Shown here in pieces: positions 46,027 to 55,705 of a stretch of 64,000 nt of DNA. The notes under the pieces are model-generated. The model was not told where the DNA came from. It did no database searches and saw nothing but the letters and a program-made list of their open reading frames with translations. This DNA comes from Fermentimonas sp. (GTDB lineage Bacteria; Bacteroidota; Bacteroidia; Bacteroidales; Dysgonomonadaceae): positions 4,912-68,911 of the forward strand of contig JBMNIR010000005.1 in the NCBI GenBank assembly GCA_050951125.1, read 5' to 3'. The position numbers and the translations under genes were made by a program. Each line of letters opens with the position of its first letter. Position 1 is the stretch's first letter.

Positions 46027-47436
46027 ATGACCTACCCGGAGACGCTGGAGTACCTGTACAGCCAGATGCCAGAGTACCAATGGATTGGTCACAAGGCATA
46101 CAAGGAGGGGCTGGACAATAGCCTCGCGCTGGACGGGATATTCAACCACCCGCATTACCGGTTCAAGAGCATCCACGTGGGAGGGACCAACGGCAAGGGT
46201 TCTGTCTCCCACCTGTTGGCTGCCATCTTGCAGGAGGCAGGCTACCGGGTGGGGCTCTACACCTCACCTCACCTGATCGACTTTCGGGAACGGATCAAGG
46301 TGAACGGGCGGATGATCCCCGAGGAGTACGTGGTGGAGTTCGTGGATAGGTACAAAGCACTTTTCGAGCCGGTGATGCCCTCATTCTTCGAGCTGACCAT
46401 GGCGATGGCGTTTCTCTATTTCGCCGAACAGGCGGTAGAGGTAGCCGTGGTGGAAGTGGGACTGGGTGGTCGGCTCGATAGCACCAACATCATCTCTCCC
46501 GACTTAAGCGTGATTACCAATATCGGGCGGGACCACGTGAAGATATTGGGGAACAGCCTCCCCGAGATAGCTGCCGAGAAAGCGGGGATTATCAAGCCCC
46601 ACACCCCTGTGCTGATCGGTGAGGCGGGAAACAGCGATGTCGAGCGGGTATTTACTGAAAAAGCCGCCTCGCTCAACGCGCCCCTCTTCTTCGCGGAACG
46701 AAAGCGGGCAGACTTTATTGCCATGCGAAAAGAGGCGAACTCTACCGTAGAACGGCAAACCGACTTCACCAAGAGGCAACTGATCGGCTCCAGGACAGAA
46801 CTGCCCCCTCCTCCCACCATAAAACAAAATCAGTCTCACTGGCTGTTTCACGCCAATGGGTACCCACCCTTCACCAGCCAATTGAACGGCTGGGCACAAG
46901 ACAAGAACGCGCGAACAGTATTAACGGCAGTGGACCTGCTTCTCGAAAAAGGGTATACAATACCACGGGAAGCGGTACTTATCGGGTTCGCCCGCGTAGT
47001 TGACACCACCGGGCTGATGGGACGGTGGCAATCTTTGCAGTCGTCACCCTCTTCACCACGAACCATCTGCGACATCGCGCACAACGCCCACGGCATCCGC
47101 CACGTGGCCGAACAGTTACGGTCGGAGCCATATGACCATCTCCATATCGTGTTCGGGATGGCCAACGATAAAGAGGTGGATGCTGTCCTCTCTCTCCTGC
47201 CAAAGGAGGCTACCTACTATTTCACCCGGGCGACAATCGATCGGGCGCTCAACGAAGAGGAGCTGGCTACCAAGGCGACCGCGCATGGGCTGAAAGGCCT
47301 CACCTACCCCACCGTTCCCGACGCGGTTAACGCGGCACGAAAAAACGCCGACAAAGAGAGAGACCTCCTCTTTATCAGCGGTAGTGCCTTTATCGTCGCG
47401 GAAGCGCTTTCGTTACTAACCGTATTATCAAATTAG
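46027..47436 (+). CDS. folC: Bifunctional folylpolyglutamate synthase / dihydrofolate synthase
   Basis: 469-aa ORF with P-loop HVGGTNGKGS and YTSPHLIDFRERI. Confidence 0.85.
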   Translation: MTYPETLEYLYSQMPEYQWIGHKAYKEGLDNSLALDGIFNHPHYRFKSIHVGGTNGKGSVSHLLAAILQEAGYRVGLYTSPHLIDFRERIKVNGRMIPEEYVVEFVDRYKALFEPVMPSFFELTMAMAFLYFAEQAVEVAVVEVGLGGRLDSTNIISPDLSVITNIGRDHVKILGNSLPEIAAEKAGIIKPHTPVLIGEAGNSDVERVFTEKAASLNAPLFFAERKRADFIAMRKEANSTVERQTDFTKRQLIGSRTELPPPPTIKQNQSHWLFHANGYPPFTSQLNGWAQDKNARTVLTAVDLLLEKGYTIPREAVLIGFARVVDTTGLMGRWQSLQSSPSSPRTICDIAHNAHGIRHVAEQLRSEPYDHLHIVFGMANDKEVDAVLSLLPKEATYYFTRATIDRALNEEELATKATAHGLKGLTYPTVPDAVNAARKNADKERDLLFISGSAFIVAEALSLLTVLSN

Positions 47437-47488
47437 AACGATCCTAAAGACCGCCATTGTGTTCCTGCATATGAGCTTGTCGCGTGTA

Positions 47489-48031
47489 TTACCAGATTAA
47501 CACGATCCGGAAGTTGTAATCAAAAACGTACCGATCGTCCCTGTACACGTCGGAGGGCTGAATGAAAAAAGCCACGATGGGATCAACCACCCCATTCACC
47601 TTATACTGAACATCATAACTGATAGTGTAGGTGTAGATGTAGGTAACCTCCCCGTTATCGTTCGTCTCGTAATAGGTATGAACATAGGGAAGCAATTTTT
47701 GCACTTCACTGTAGTTTTGCTCGCCTAAAAACAGGTAACCAATATTCGCACCGTTCTCGTAGATAAATTCCGTCAATTCAGGTAAATCACAGATGGCGAA
47801 GTAGTGCTTCACATCATCATCCCACTGCCAGTCGCTCTTTCTCACGGTGATATTGACAATACTCCACTGGGTGAACTCAAGCTTTTCGTTGTTTTGTCGC
47901 AACGCCTCCTCGATCATCCTTCGCACATCATGCTCAGAGAGGTAATCGTCATTGGCACAAGAGTAGCTAACCAGCAGCAACATGGCAAACAGCAGGGAGG
48001 CCAAGAGTGGTTTGGTAATTTTCTGTATCAT
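47489..48031 (-). CDS. Hypothetical lipoprotein
   Basis: 180-aa ORF with lipobox LLLVSYSC. I recognise no domain. Confidence 0.6.
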   Translation of the reverse strand: MIQKITKPLLASLLFAMLLLVSYSCANDDYLSEHDVRRMIEEALRQNNEKLEFTQWSIVNITVRKSDWQWDDDVKHYFAICDLPELTEFIYENGANIGYLFLGEQNYSEVQKLLPYVHTYYETNDNGEVTYIYTYTISYDVQYKVNGVVDPIVAFFIQPSDVYRDDRYVFDYNFRIVLIW

Positions 48032-48238
48032 ATCAGTTAGTTTTTAATCGGATTACGGTAATATGACTCGAAAACATCTCGAGCGTTTAACGGAAATGCC
48101 AAAAAAAGGGTATATTCGCGTCACAGGCAAGGAAAGGGTAAAGCAAGCTTTCATGTTCACGGGCATTTCTGTTCACATCCATTCCTGCTTTCAAGGCGAA
48201 GATGTCAGCCATAGTTGAATAACTAACAACCAATCAAT

Positions 48239-49033
48239 ATGATTCAATACCTCGATTTACTGCGACGTGTCCTTGATGAAGGCGTGAAGAAAGAAGACCG
48301 CACCGGCACGGGCACCATCAGCATTTTTGGTCACCAAAGTCGCTACCGGATGAGCGACGGCTTCCCGGTACTCACGACCAAGAAGTTACACCTAAAGTCG
48401 ATCATTCACGAGCTGCTTTGGTTCCTGAACGGTGACACCAACATTAAGTACCTGAACGACAACGGGGTACGTATTTGGAACGAGTGGGCGGACGAAGATG
48501 GTGACCTGGGCCATATCTACGGGTATCAATGGCGTTCCTGGCCGGACTATAACGGGGGCAGCATCGACCAGATATCGCGCACCGTGGAGGCGATTAAAAA
48601 CAACCCAGGTTCACGGCGAATTATCGTCAGCTCGTGGAACGTGGCCGACCTGCCAAACATGAACCTCCCGCCCTGCCACGCTTTTTTCCAGTTCTACGTG
48701 GCCGATGGCAAACTGAGCCTGCAACTCTACCAACGCAGCGCCGATATCTTCTTGGGTGTGCCATTTAATATCGCTTCGTACGCCCTGCTCCTGAAGATGA
48801 TGGCACAAGTGACCGGGCTGGAGGAGGGAGATTTCGTGCACACCTTTGGCGACGCGCATATCTACCTGAACCACATGGAGCAGGTGAACCTACAACTGTC
48901 GCGAACACCTAGGGCTTTACCGCGAATGAAGATCAACCCGGACGTGGAGGATATCTTTGGTTTCCGGTACGACGATTTTGAACTAATCGGATACGACCCA
49001 CATCCACATATTAAAGGCGCCGTGAGCGTATGA
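48239..49033 (+). CDS. thyA: Thymidylate synthase
   Basis: 264-aa ORF with [19 protein letters not shown] and [17 protein letters not shown]. Confidence 0.95.
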   Translation: MIQYLDLLRRVLDEGVKKEDRTGTGTISIFGHQSRYRMSDGFPVLTTKKLHLKSIIHELLWFLNGDTNIKYLNDNGVRIWNEWADEDGDLGHIYGYQWRSWPDYNGGSIDQISRTVEAIKNNPGSRRIIVSSWNVADLPNMNLPPCHAFFQFYVADGKLSLQLYQRSADIFLGVPFNIASYALLLKMMAQVTGLEEGDFVHTFGDAHIYLNHMEQVNLQLSRTPRALPRMKINPDVEDIFGFRYDDFELIGYDPHPHIKGAVSV

Positions 49034-49557
49034 TGAATCGAAACGAAAAAAGACCCCGGGTAGCGATTATCGTCGCAGTGGACGAGCAAAACGGAATCGG
49101 CAGGAAAGGGGAACTCCTATGCCACCTCCCGGCCGACCTAAAACATTTCAAGGAGATCACGACCGGTCACGTCATCATCATGGGTAGGAAAACCTACGAG
49201 TCACTCCCGAAAGGTGCCCTGCCCAACCGAAGGAACATCGTTCTCACCTCCGATAAAAAAACGGAGGATTATCCCGGATGCATCGTGGTACGCTCCCTCG
49301 AAGAGGCGTTCGCATGTACCAACGATAAGGAGATCGCGTTCATCATTGGGGGTGAAAGGGTCTACCGTTCCTCCCTACACTTGGCCGATACGCTCTACAT
49401 AACGCGCGTACACCACACTTTTGACGAGGTGGACACCTTCTTCCCGGAGGTAAACACCGATAAATGGGAGTTAGTGGAAGAAAAGAGGCACGAGAAAGAC
49501 GACAAGCATGACCATAGCTTTTCGTTTCAAACGTACGTGAAAAAGCATACAAACTAA
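49030..49557 (+). CDS. folA: Dihydrofolate reductase
   Basis: 175-aa ORF with [11 protein letters not shown] and [10 protein letters not shown]. It has a 4-nt ATGA overlap with thyA. Confidence 0.9.
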   Translation: MMNRNEKRPRVAIIVAVDEQNGIGRKGELLCHLPADLKHFKEITTGHVIIMGRKTYESLPKGALPNRRNIVLTSDKKTEDYPGCIVVRSLEEAFACTNDKEIAFIIGGERVYRSSLHLADTLYITRVHHTFDEVDTFFPEVNTDKWELVEEKRHEKDDKHDHSFSFQTYVKKHTN

Positions 49558-49572
49558 AAGCAGAAATAACCA

Positions 49573-50427
49573 ATGGGACCATCGAAAGATCATGCGATTC
49601 TAATAGCTGATAGCGGTGCCACGAAAACCGACTGGTGCCTAATACAAGGTGGCGAGATGATTCATCGGTACAAGGGCAAAGGCATCAGTCCAGTGTTCCA
49701 AACGCGAGAGGAGATAAGGCAAGAACTCCAAGAAGGCGTGTTGCCCCAATTCAAGGAGGCAAACATACGGTCCATCCACTTTTACGGATCGGGGTGCTTA
49801 CCGGAAAAAGTGCCCGTCGTAAAAGAGGCCTTAGATGCATCGTTCCCACTGAATTCCATCGAGGTACATAGCGATTTGATAGCGGCGGCTCGCGCACTTT
49901 GCGGGAACGAGCCGGGAATCGCCTGTATCATGGGTACGGGAAACAACTCGTGCGAATGGGATGGCCGCCGGGTGATTAAACAGATTCCAGCGCTCGGTTT
50001 TATTTTAGGAGATGAAGGGAGCGGAGCATCGCTAGGCAAGCAACTGCTGGCCGACGCCTTAAAAGAGCGCCTCACGAAGGGGTTGAAAGAGGCGTTGTTT
50101 GAGGAGTACCAACTCACTCCTGCTCTCGTGATCGATAAGGTGTACCGTCAACCGTTCCCCAGTCGTTTTCTGGCAAGCCTTTCGCCTTTCCTGCTCAAGC
50201 ATATCGACGATCCAACGATTTATCGCATCGTCCGTGGGAGTTTCTCCGATTTTTTGGAAAGAAACGTGATGAAGTATGATTACCGAAAAAACAACGTTCA
50301 TTTCGTGGGTTCCATCGCCTGGCATCACGAAACCACCCTACGGGAGGTAGCATCTGAAAAAGGGATCAAGGTAGGCAAAATCAGATCATCGCCCATGGAG
50401 GGACTGATTACATTTCATAATGAGTAA
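49573..50427 (+). CDS. BadF/BadG/BcrA/BcrD-type ATPase, N-acetylglucosamine / N-acetylmuramic acid kinase-like (MurK-like)
   Basis: 284-aa ORF with ADSGATKTDW and GTGNNS (ASKHA-fold phosphate motifs). It lies directly upstream of murQ. Confidence 0.7.
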   Translation: MGPSKDHAILIADSGATKTDWCLIQGGEMIHRYKGKGISPVFQTREEIRQELQEGVLPQFKEANIRSIHFYGSGCLPEKVPVVKEALDASFPLNSIEVHSDLIAAARALCGNEPGIACIMGTGNNSCEWDGRRVIKQIPALGFILGDEGSGASLGKQLLADALKERLTKGLKEALFEEYQLTPALVIDKVYRQPFPSRFLASLSPFLLKHIDDPTIYRIVRGSFSDFLERNVMKYDYRKNNVHFVGSIAWHHETTLREVASEKGIKVGKIRSSPMEGLITFHNE

Positions 50428-50450
50428 CGAGGTAAACATGAAAGCAGAAC

Positions 50451-51278
50451 ATGAGTTTCATTAAAGTAACCGAGCAACCATCGCTGTACAACGACCTAGA
50501 AAAAAAGTCGATCCGCGAAATACTAACCGAAATCAACCAGGAGGATCAAAAGGTGGCACTAGCCGTACAACGGGTTATCCCGCAAATCGAAAAACTGGTC
50601 ACCGGTATCGTGAGGCGAATGCGACGCGGGGGACGCCTCTTTTACATAGGGGCAGGAACCAGTGGGCGATTGGGCGTGCTAGATGCCTCCGAAATCCCAC
50701 CCACTTTCGGAATGCCCAACACCTACGTCATCGGGTTAATCGCGGGCGGTGACACGGCCCTACGTAACCCGGTGGAAGCCGCTGAAGACGACCCCGAAAT
50801 CGGCTGGGAGAAACTACAGGCGTACGGGATCAATCAAAACGATGTGCTGGTGGGTATCGCCGCATCGGGGACTACACCCTACGTGATCGGGGCGCTCCGT
50901 CGAGCGCATGCCGAGGGCATCCTCACGGCGGCCATCTGCTGTAACCCAGGTTCACCCGTGGCCGCGGAAGCGGAGATTAAAATTGAACCGATCGTCGGCC
51001 CCGAGTACGTTACCGGAAGTACCCGCATGAAAGCCGGCAGTGCCCAAAAAATGGTGCTTAACATGATAACAACCAGCACCATGATCAAGCTGGGAAGGGT
51101 GAAAGGGAACCGGATGGTGAACATGCAACTAACCAACCAAAAGCTAGTGGACAGAGGGACAAGGATGATCGTGGATGAACTTGGCTTATCGTACGAGCAG
51201 GCACGAAATCTATTGCTGCTTTGCGGTTCCGTGAAGGAAGCGGTAGATAGATACAAGCATGCTGATTCCCATTCATAA
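50451..51278 (+). CDS. murQ: N-acetylmuramic acid 6-phosphate etherase
   Basis: 275-aa ORF with SIS-domain motif GAGTSGRLG, plus GIAASGTTPYV and STRMKAG. Confidence 0.9.
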   Translation: MSFIKVTEQPSLYNDLEKKSIREILTEINQEDQKVALAVQRVIPQIEKLVTGIVRRMRRGGRLFYIGAGTSGRLGVLDASEIPPTFGMPNTYVIGLIAGGDTALRNPVEAAEDDPEIGWEKLQAYGINQNDVLVGIAASGTTPYVIGALRRAHAEGILTAAICCNPGSPVAAEAEIKIEPIVGPEYVTGSTRMKAGSAQKMVLNMITTSTMIKLGRVKGNRMVNMQLTNQKLVDRGTRMIVDELGLSYEQARNLLLLCGSVKEAVDRYKHADSHS

Positions 51279-51322
51279 CGCGAACAGCGCGGTAGAGTAA
51301 AACAACGAAAAAAGATGACGAA

Positions 51323-51760
51323 ATGAAGATAGAACGAATTTCCCAAGTGGACGAGAGCACGGTGGAAGTTTTCAAGAAGCTAATGCCCCAACTGACCGGT
51401 AAGGATAAACACCCCTCGCTGGAGGAGTTGCAACGAGTGATTCAGTCGGATGAGAGGTTTCTCTTTTTCGCGACCGAAAACGGGGAGGTAATCGGAACCC
51501 TCACGCTGGTGTTTTATCAACTCCCCTCGGGACTAAAAGCGTGGATAGAGGATGTGATCGTGGATGAGCAGGCTCGCGGCAAAGGGGTAGCCACCGCGCT
51601 ACTGAAGCACGCGCTTCAGGTGGCACGCGAAAAGGGTGCCCTGAAAGCCGACCTCACCTCTATGCCGTGGCGACAAGCCGCCAATAGCCTATACCAGAAG
51701 ATGGGATTTGAGAAACGGGAATCTAACATGTATCGTTACCACTTTACTAATAATCAATAA
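51323..51760 (+). CDS. GNAT-family N-acetyltransferase
   Basis: 145-aa ORF with acetyl-CoA site VDEQARGKGVATALLKHA. Confidence 0.8.
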   Translation: MKIERISQVDESTVEVFKKLMPQLTGKDKHPSLEELQRVIQSDERFLFFATENGEVIGTLTLVFYQLPSGLKAWIEDVIVDEQARGKGVATALLKHALQVAREKGALKADLTSMPWRQAANSLYQKMGFEKRESNMYRYHFTNNQ

Positions 51761-51781
51761 GTAACGTCATAAATCACATTA

Positions 51782-52849
51782 ATGGGAAACCACCCGTTCG
51801 GCACACCCGCGTACAACATGAATCTCAAAAACGGTTTACATAAGGCAAGCTTTCAGAAGCAAGAGACGGGGAAAAAAGTGAGGTGCCTGCTCTGTCCCCA
51901 CATCTGCCTGTTGCAAGATGGTGAGCTTGGAAAGTGCTATGCCCGAAAAAACGTGGATGGCATCCTCTATTCGTTAAGTTACGAAAAGGTCTGTTCTATA
52001 GCTATTGATCCGATTGAGAAGAAACCGCTCTTTCATTTTTTCCCGGGCACTCCCATCCTGTCGCTTTCCACCGCGGGTTGTAATTTTCACTGCCTGCACT
52101 GTCAGAATAGCCACATATCGCAAGTACGCCCAGACGCTATCCCCTACCACGAACTGTCGGCTAAAGAGGTGATAGCCATCACCCTATCGCACCCATGCAA
52201 GCTAATCGCTTTCACCTACACGGAACCCACCATCTATTACGAATACATGCTCGATATAGCTAAGCTAGCGCACCAACAGGGTATCAAGACGGTTATGATC
52301 TCAAACGGTTATATCAATCGCGATCCTCTCCTGGAGCTGATTCCGTTTATTGACGCGATGAATATCGACCTGAAGTTTTTCGATAACAGCCACTACAGAA
52401 ACACAACCACCGGCTCACTGAACCCGGTATTGCGAACGTTAAAAACCGTAAAGGAGAGCGGTGTCTGGCTCGAGATAACTAACCTGGTTATTCCACACCG
52501 TAACGACAGCCCGAAAGCGATTGAAGAGATGTGCGACTGGCTGGCCAACAACGGGTTTAAAGACACACCGTTGCACTTTAGTCGCTTCTACCCCACCTAC
52601 AAGCTCACCGACACGCCCCCCACCCCTGTGAAAACCCTCCTGCAAGCCAAGGAGATTGCCTTGCAACACGATATTCAATATATCTATTTGGGTAATGTAG
52701 CCCACACGAAAGATGAGGACAGCTACTGCCATAACTGCGACTCGCTGTTGATCGAACGCGACAATTACGCTATCCGTGAGTATCTCCTTGAAAATGGTAA
52801 ATGCTCCGATTGCGGTACGGATATTCCCGGTCGCTGGCACAACGACTAA
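51782..52849 (+). CDS. amrS: AmmeMemoRadiSam system radical SAM enzyme
   Basis: 355-aa ORF with an N-terminal Cys cluster VRCLLCPHICLLQDGELGKC, radical SAM CNFHCLHCQN and C-terminal CHNC...CSDC. Confidence 0.85.
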   Translation: MGNHPFGTPAYNMNLKNGLHKASFQKQETGKKVRCLLCPHICLLQDGELGKCYARKNVDGILYSLSYEKVCSIAIDPIEKKPLFHFFPGTPILSLSTAGCNFHCLHCQNSHISQVRPDAIPYHELSAKEVIAITLSHPCKLIAFTYTEPTIYYEYMLDIAKLAHQQGIKTVMISNGYINRDPLLELIPFIDAMNIDLKFFDNSHYRNTTTGSLNPVLRTLKTVKESGVWLEITNLVIPHRNDSPKAIEEMCDWLANNGFKDTPLHFSRFYPTYKLTDTPPTPVKTLLQAKEIALQHDIQYIYLGNVAHTKDEDSYCHNCDSLLIERDNYAIREYLLENGKCSDCGTDIPGRWHND

Positions 52850-52947
52850 ATGATTTTTCGCCCAACCTTCGCTTGTTTATATTTTCTCTTTTCGCTTTCA
52901 AGCTCGACTGACATAAATTTTACGACCCATCACATGAGAAAGGTTAT

Positions 52948-53568
52948 TTACAAAAAGCCCTCTTCAGAGAAAGCCGTTGAAGTGAAAGTATAGATATCGG
53001 CTTTTTTCCAGCCGTCCCAACCAATTCTTGCCTTCTCCCGTGCGCAATGCCCGAGAAACTGCTCTACGTCCCACCCCGCTTCGGTAGCAACTTGCGGAAG
53101 ATAAACACCGCTCGACCACCCTTTCAACAGATAGATACCGTGCTTACCAAGAACGATCTCCGAAATATGGTCGATTTTCTTCAAGGGCGAAAGCACAGAG
53201 ATCTCTATCTCTACCTCTTCCATCTCTTTAAATGAAACCGGGGGGAACCTGGGATCTTCCACCGCGGCGGAAACTGCCATCTCCCTTACGGTATTCAATA
53301 GGGGCTTATCGCTCATCATCATACCCATGCAACCCCTGAGCTTGTCACCTTTGGTGAGCGTGACAAAGGCACCGCAATGCGCCTTGATCGATTTGGAGCA
53401 CTCGGAAACGGTCACCCCGCCCTCTACCGAGGCCTCCTCCCACTCTATCGCCCCTTTCGAAAAGAGACGCATGATACTTGCTCGTGCCTCCTGCAACAGG
53501 AACTTCTTATCGGTTTCGGTCACCTGAAACCCGCTATCGATTGATTGATCTTTCACCGTTTTCGTCAT
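52948..53568 (-). CDS. amrA: AmmeMemoRadiSam system protein A (AMMECR1 domain)
   Basis: 206-aa ORF with the AMMECR1 signature CGAFVTL...LRGCMG. Confidence 0.85.
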   Translation of the reverse strand: MTKTVKDQSIDSGFQVTETDKKFLLQEARASIMRLFSKGAIEWEEASVEGGVTVSECSKSIKAHCGAFVTLTKGDKLRGCMGMMMSDKPLLNTVREMAVSAAVEDPRFPPVSFKEMEEVEIEISVLSPLKKIDHISEIVLGKHGIYLLKGWSSGVYLPQVATEAGWDVEQFLGHCAREKARIGWDGWKKADIYTFTSTAFSEEGFL

Positions 53569-54431
53569 ATCTTATACAGTGCTATTGCCCAATACCCCAC
53601 CACTTCATCCAAATCGCCATAGCGCTCCTCATCACCCGAGTTGCAGTAATCTATCGCCTCATACCGGTACGTGGTATCCCCAGTCGTCATATACAACAGG
53701 GTAAGTACCGAGGTCCACCCGCAAAGGGAGGTAAACAGATTCGGAACCATCTCGCCCTGGTTTGCAGAGAGGGTCGACAACAGTTCCTCGGGTTGATTTG
53801 TGAGTATCGCATCCTTGGTAATCGCATCTACCCGGTTGGCATCGTCATAATCGGGATAGTGCGAAAAATCAGAACTGATCACGAACAGGTTTTCATCGGT
53901 CATGTAGGGCTTAAGGGCATCGGATACCACACGACAAATGTCGGGATCGGATGTCCCCAAAACTATCGGGACAATGGAAAAGTCGTTTTTAAGATGATGG
54001 TGTAGAAACGGCAATTGCACCTCGATAGAATGCTCCCCCATATGAGGTGTGTAGTTGTCTGTAAAAAGGCTTGGGTACTGTTGCAGAAGTTGTTCTGACA
54101 GCTCGGTATCCACCTTAACGTTGCCGAAAGGCATCCGATAGTCTCCCGCGAGGTAGAGGGAAGCCCCATCAAAACTGCTTCTGTGTGAAGAAGACAAGAT
54201 GAAAATTCGCTTATAGGCAGCATCGGGCGACAACTGGTTAAATCCGGAGGCGGCGATTTTGCCCGAAAAAACGTAACCCGCGTGGGGCACAATCAGTGCC
54301 CTGATGTTTCCTGGCTTCCTAGCGACACTCTTTTTAAAGTATCCCTCAACCTCCCGCTTCAACTTGTGGGGATTCTCAGGATAAAACCTACCTGCCATCG
54401 CGGGTTCTCTATACCTAACGTGTTCTTTCAT
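53565..54431 (-). CDS. amrB: AmmeMemoRadiSam system protein B (MEMO1 family)
   Basis: 288-aa ORF with REPAMAGRFYP and VPHAGYVFSG. It has a 4-nt overlap with amrA. Confidence 0.85.
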   Translation of the reverse strand: MKEHVRYREPAMAGRFYPENPHKLKREVEGYFKKSVARKPGNIRALIVPHAGYVFSGKIAASGFNQLSPDAAYKRIFILSSSHRSSFDGASLYLAGDYRMPFGNVKVDTELSEQLLQQYPSLFTDNYTPHMGEHSIEVQLPFLHHHLKNDFSIVPIVLGTSDPDICRVVSDALKPYMTDENLFVISSDFSHYPDYDDANRVDAITKDAILTNQPEELLSTLSANQGEMVPNLFTSLCGWTSVLTLLYMTTGDTTYRYEAIDYCNSGDEERYGDLDEVVGYWAIALYKI

Positions 54432-54456
54432 GTTATCGACAAGGTTATTTATTACA

Positions 54457-55539
54457 TCACATCATCTTATAAACGACACTGTTGATGTTCATACCGGCTC
54501 CCACCGATGCCAGCACCAGGTTATCACCCCTTCTAATCGTATGTCCCTTCATACCACCCCGGAGTATGATATCAAGCAGCGTGGGCACGGTAGCCACAGA
54601 CGAGTTACCCAACCACGAGATAGTCATCGGCATGATTAATTCGGGTATCTTGTCAATGTTGTACAGTTTGAACAGCCTCGCCAAGATAGCATCGTCCATC
54701 TTCCCGTTGGCTTGATGAATAAGTACCTTGCCAATTTCCGAGATATGCATTTTCAGTTTATCAAGCCCCGACTTTATCAACTTGGGCACGTTTTCCAGCG
54801 CGTACTGGTAGAGTCGTCGGCCATTCATCTTCAAGTAAAAGTTTTTCTTCTCGGCCAACTCCAACTTGTAGGAGTAACCCATCCGTAGCATGTTCACGTA
54901 CCTCACCGCGTCACTCCGCGAGTTGTGACCAAGTACGCCCACGGGTTCATCACTCTCTACCCCTTCCATGATCACGGCACCAGCTCCATCGGCGTAGATC
55001 ATGCTATCACGATCGTGCGGGTCCGATACACGCGAAAGCACATCGGCCCCCACCACCAGTACCCTCTTCGCATCGCCAGAGCGGATGTAATAGTCGGCCT
55101 GGATTACCGCCTGTATCCACCCGGGGCAACCGAACAGCACGTCGTACGCCACGGCCGAGGGGTTGGCGATATCCAGCTTCTCTTTTAGCCGAGCTGCCAA
55201 CGTGGGTACCACGTCCACCTGTATGTTATCCATCCGGGTCTCTCCGAAATTATGGGCAAAGATAATGTAGTCGAGCTCCTCTTTGTCGATCCCCGCGGCT
55301 TCAATGGCACGCTGGGCAGCGATCAATGCCAAGTCTGAAGTCACCTGGTTATCCTCGGCGTAACGCCTCTCGGCAATCGTGGTGATCTCCTCGAACTTCG
55401 TGGTGATCTCCTCGTTTGGATTTTCAAACTTCTCCCCCGTTGAATCGTAGAACTCGTAATCGAGAAAGAAGTCGTTCCCGATTCGCTTGGTAGGGACGTA
55501 GCTTCCCGTTCCAGTAAACACGCTATATAGCTTCTTCAT
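54457..55539 (-). CDS. 3-oxoacyl-ACP synthase III (FabH-like) family protein
   Basis: 360-aa ORF with active-site Cys context FGCPGW and a later HQAN and GNSS (His/Asn triad context). Confidence 0.8.
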   Translation of the reverse strand: MKKLYSVFTGTGSYVPTKRIGNDFFLDYEFYDSTGEKFENPNEEITTKFEEITTIAERRYAEDNQVTSDLALIAAQRAIEAAGIDKEELDYIIFAHNFGETRMDNIQVDVVPTLAARLKEKLDIANPSAVAYDVLFGCPGWIQAVIQADYYIRSGDAKRVLVVGADVLSRVSDPHDRDSMIYADGAGAVIMEGVESDEPVGVLGHNSRSDAVRYVNMLRMGYSYKLELAEKKNFYLKMNGRRLYQYALENVPKLIKSGLDKLKMHISEIGKVLIHQANGKMDDAILARLFKLYNIDKIPELIMPMTISWLGNSSVATVPTLLDIILRGGMKGHTIRRGDNLVLASVGAGMNINSVVYKMM

Positions 55540-55705
55540 TCTTATTCCTTGTTACATGTTGATACGAATATAACACTTTTACCACCGTTTTTGTTATCCG
55601 ATTTCGTACAAAGATAGTAGATATTTTTCTTTATTACCAAATCGGTTTAAAATCAATGCCACATTGAATCCTAGGATTGCACACTGTGTTGATTTTTGAG
55701 CAGAA

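Noticed and set aside
52850-52993. A 47-codon ORF that starts with an ATG immediately after, and in frame with, the amrS stop codon.
   Set aside because: It is low-complexity, overlaps the 3-prime end of amrA on the opposite strand, and has no supporting motif. It is probably fortuitous.
55650-55670. The 12-nt palindrome aatcctaggatt downstream of the MscS gene as a terminator.
   Set aside because: The perfect dyad leaves no loop and has no U-tract, so it is unlikely to act as an intrinsic terminator.
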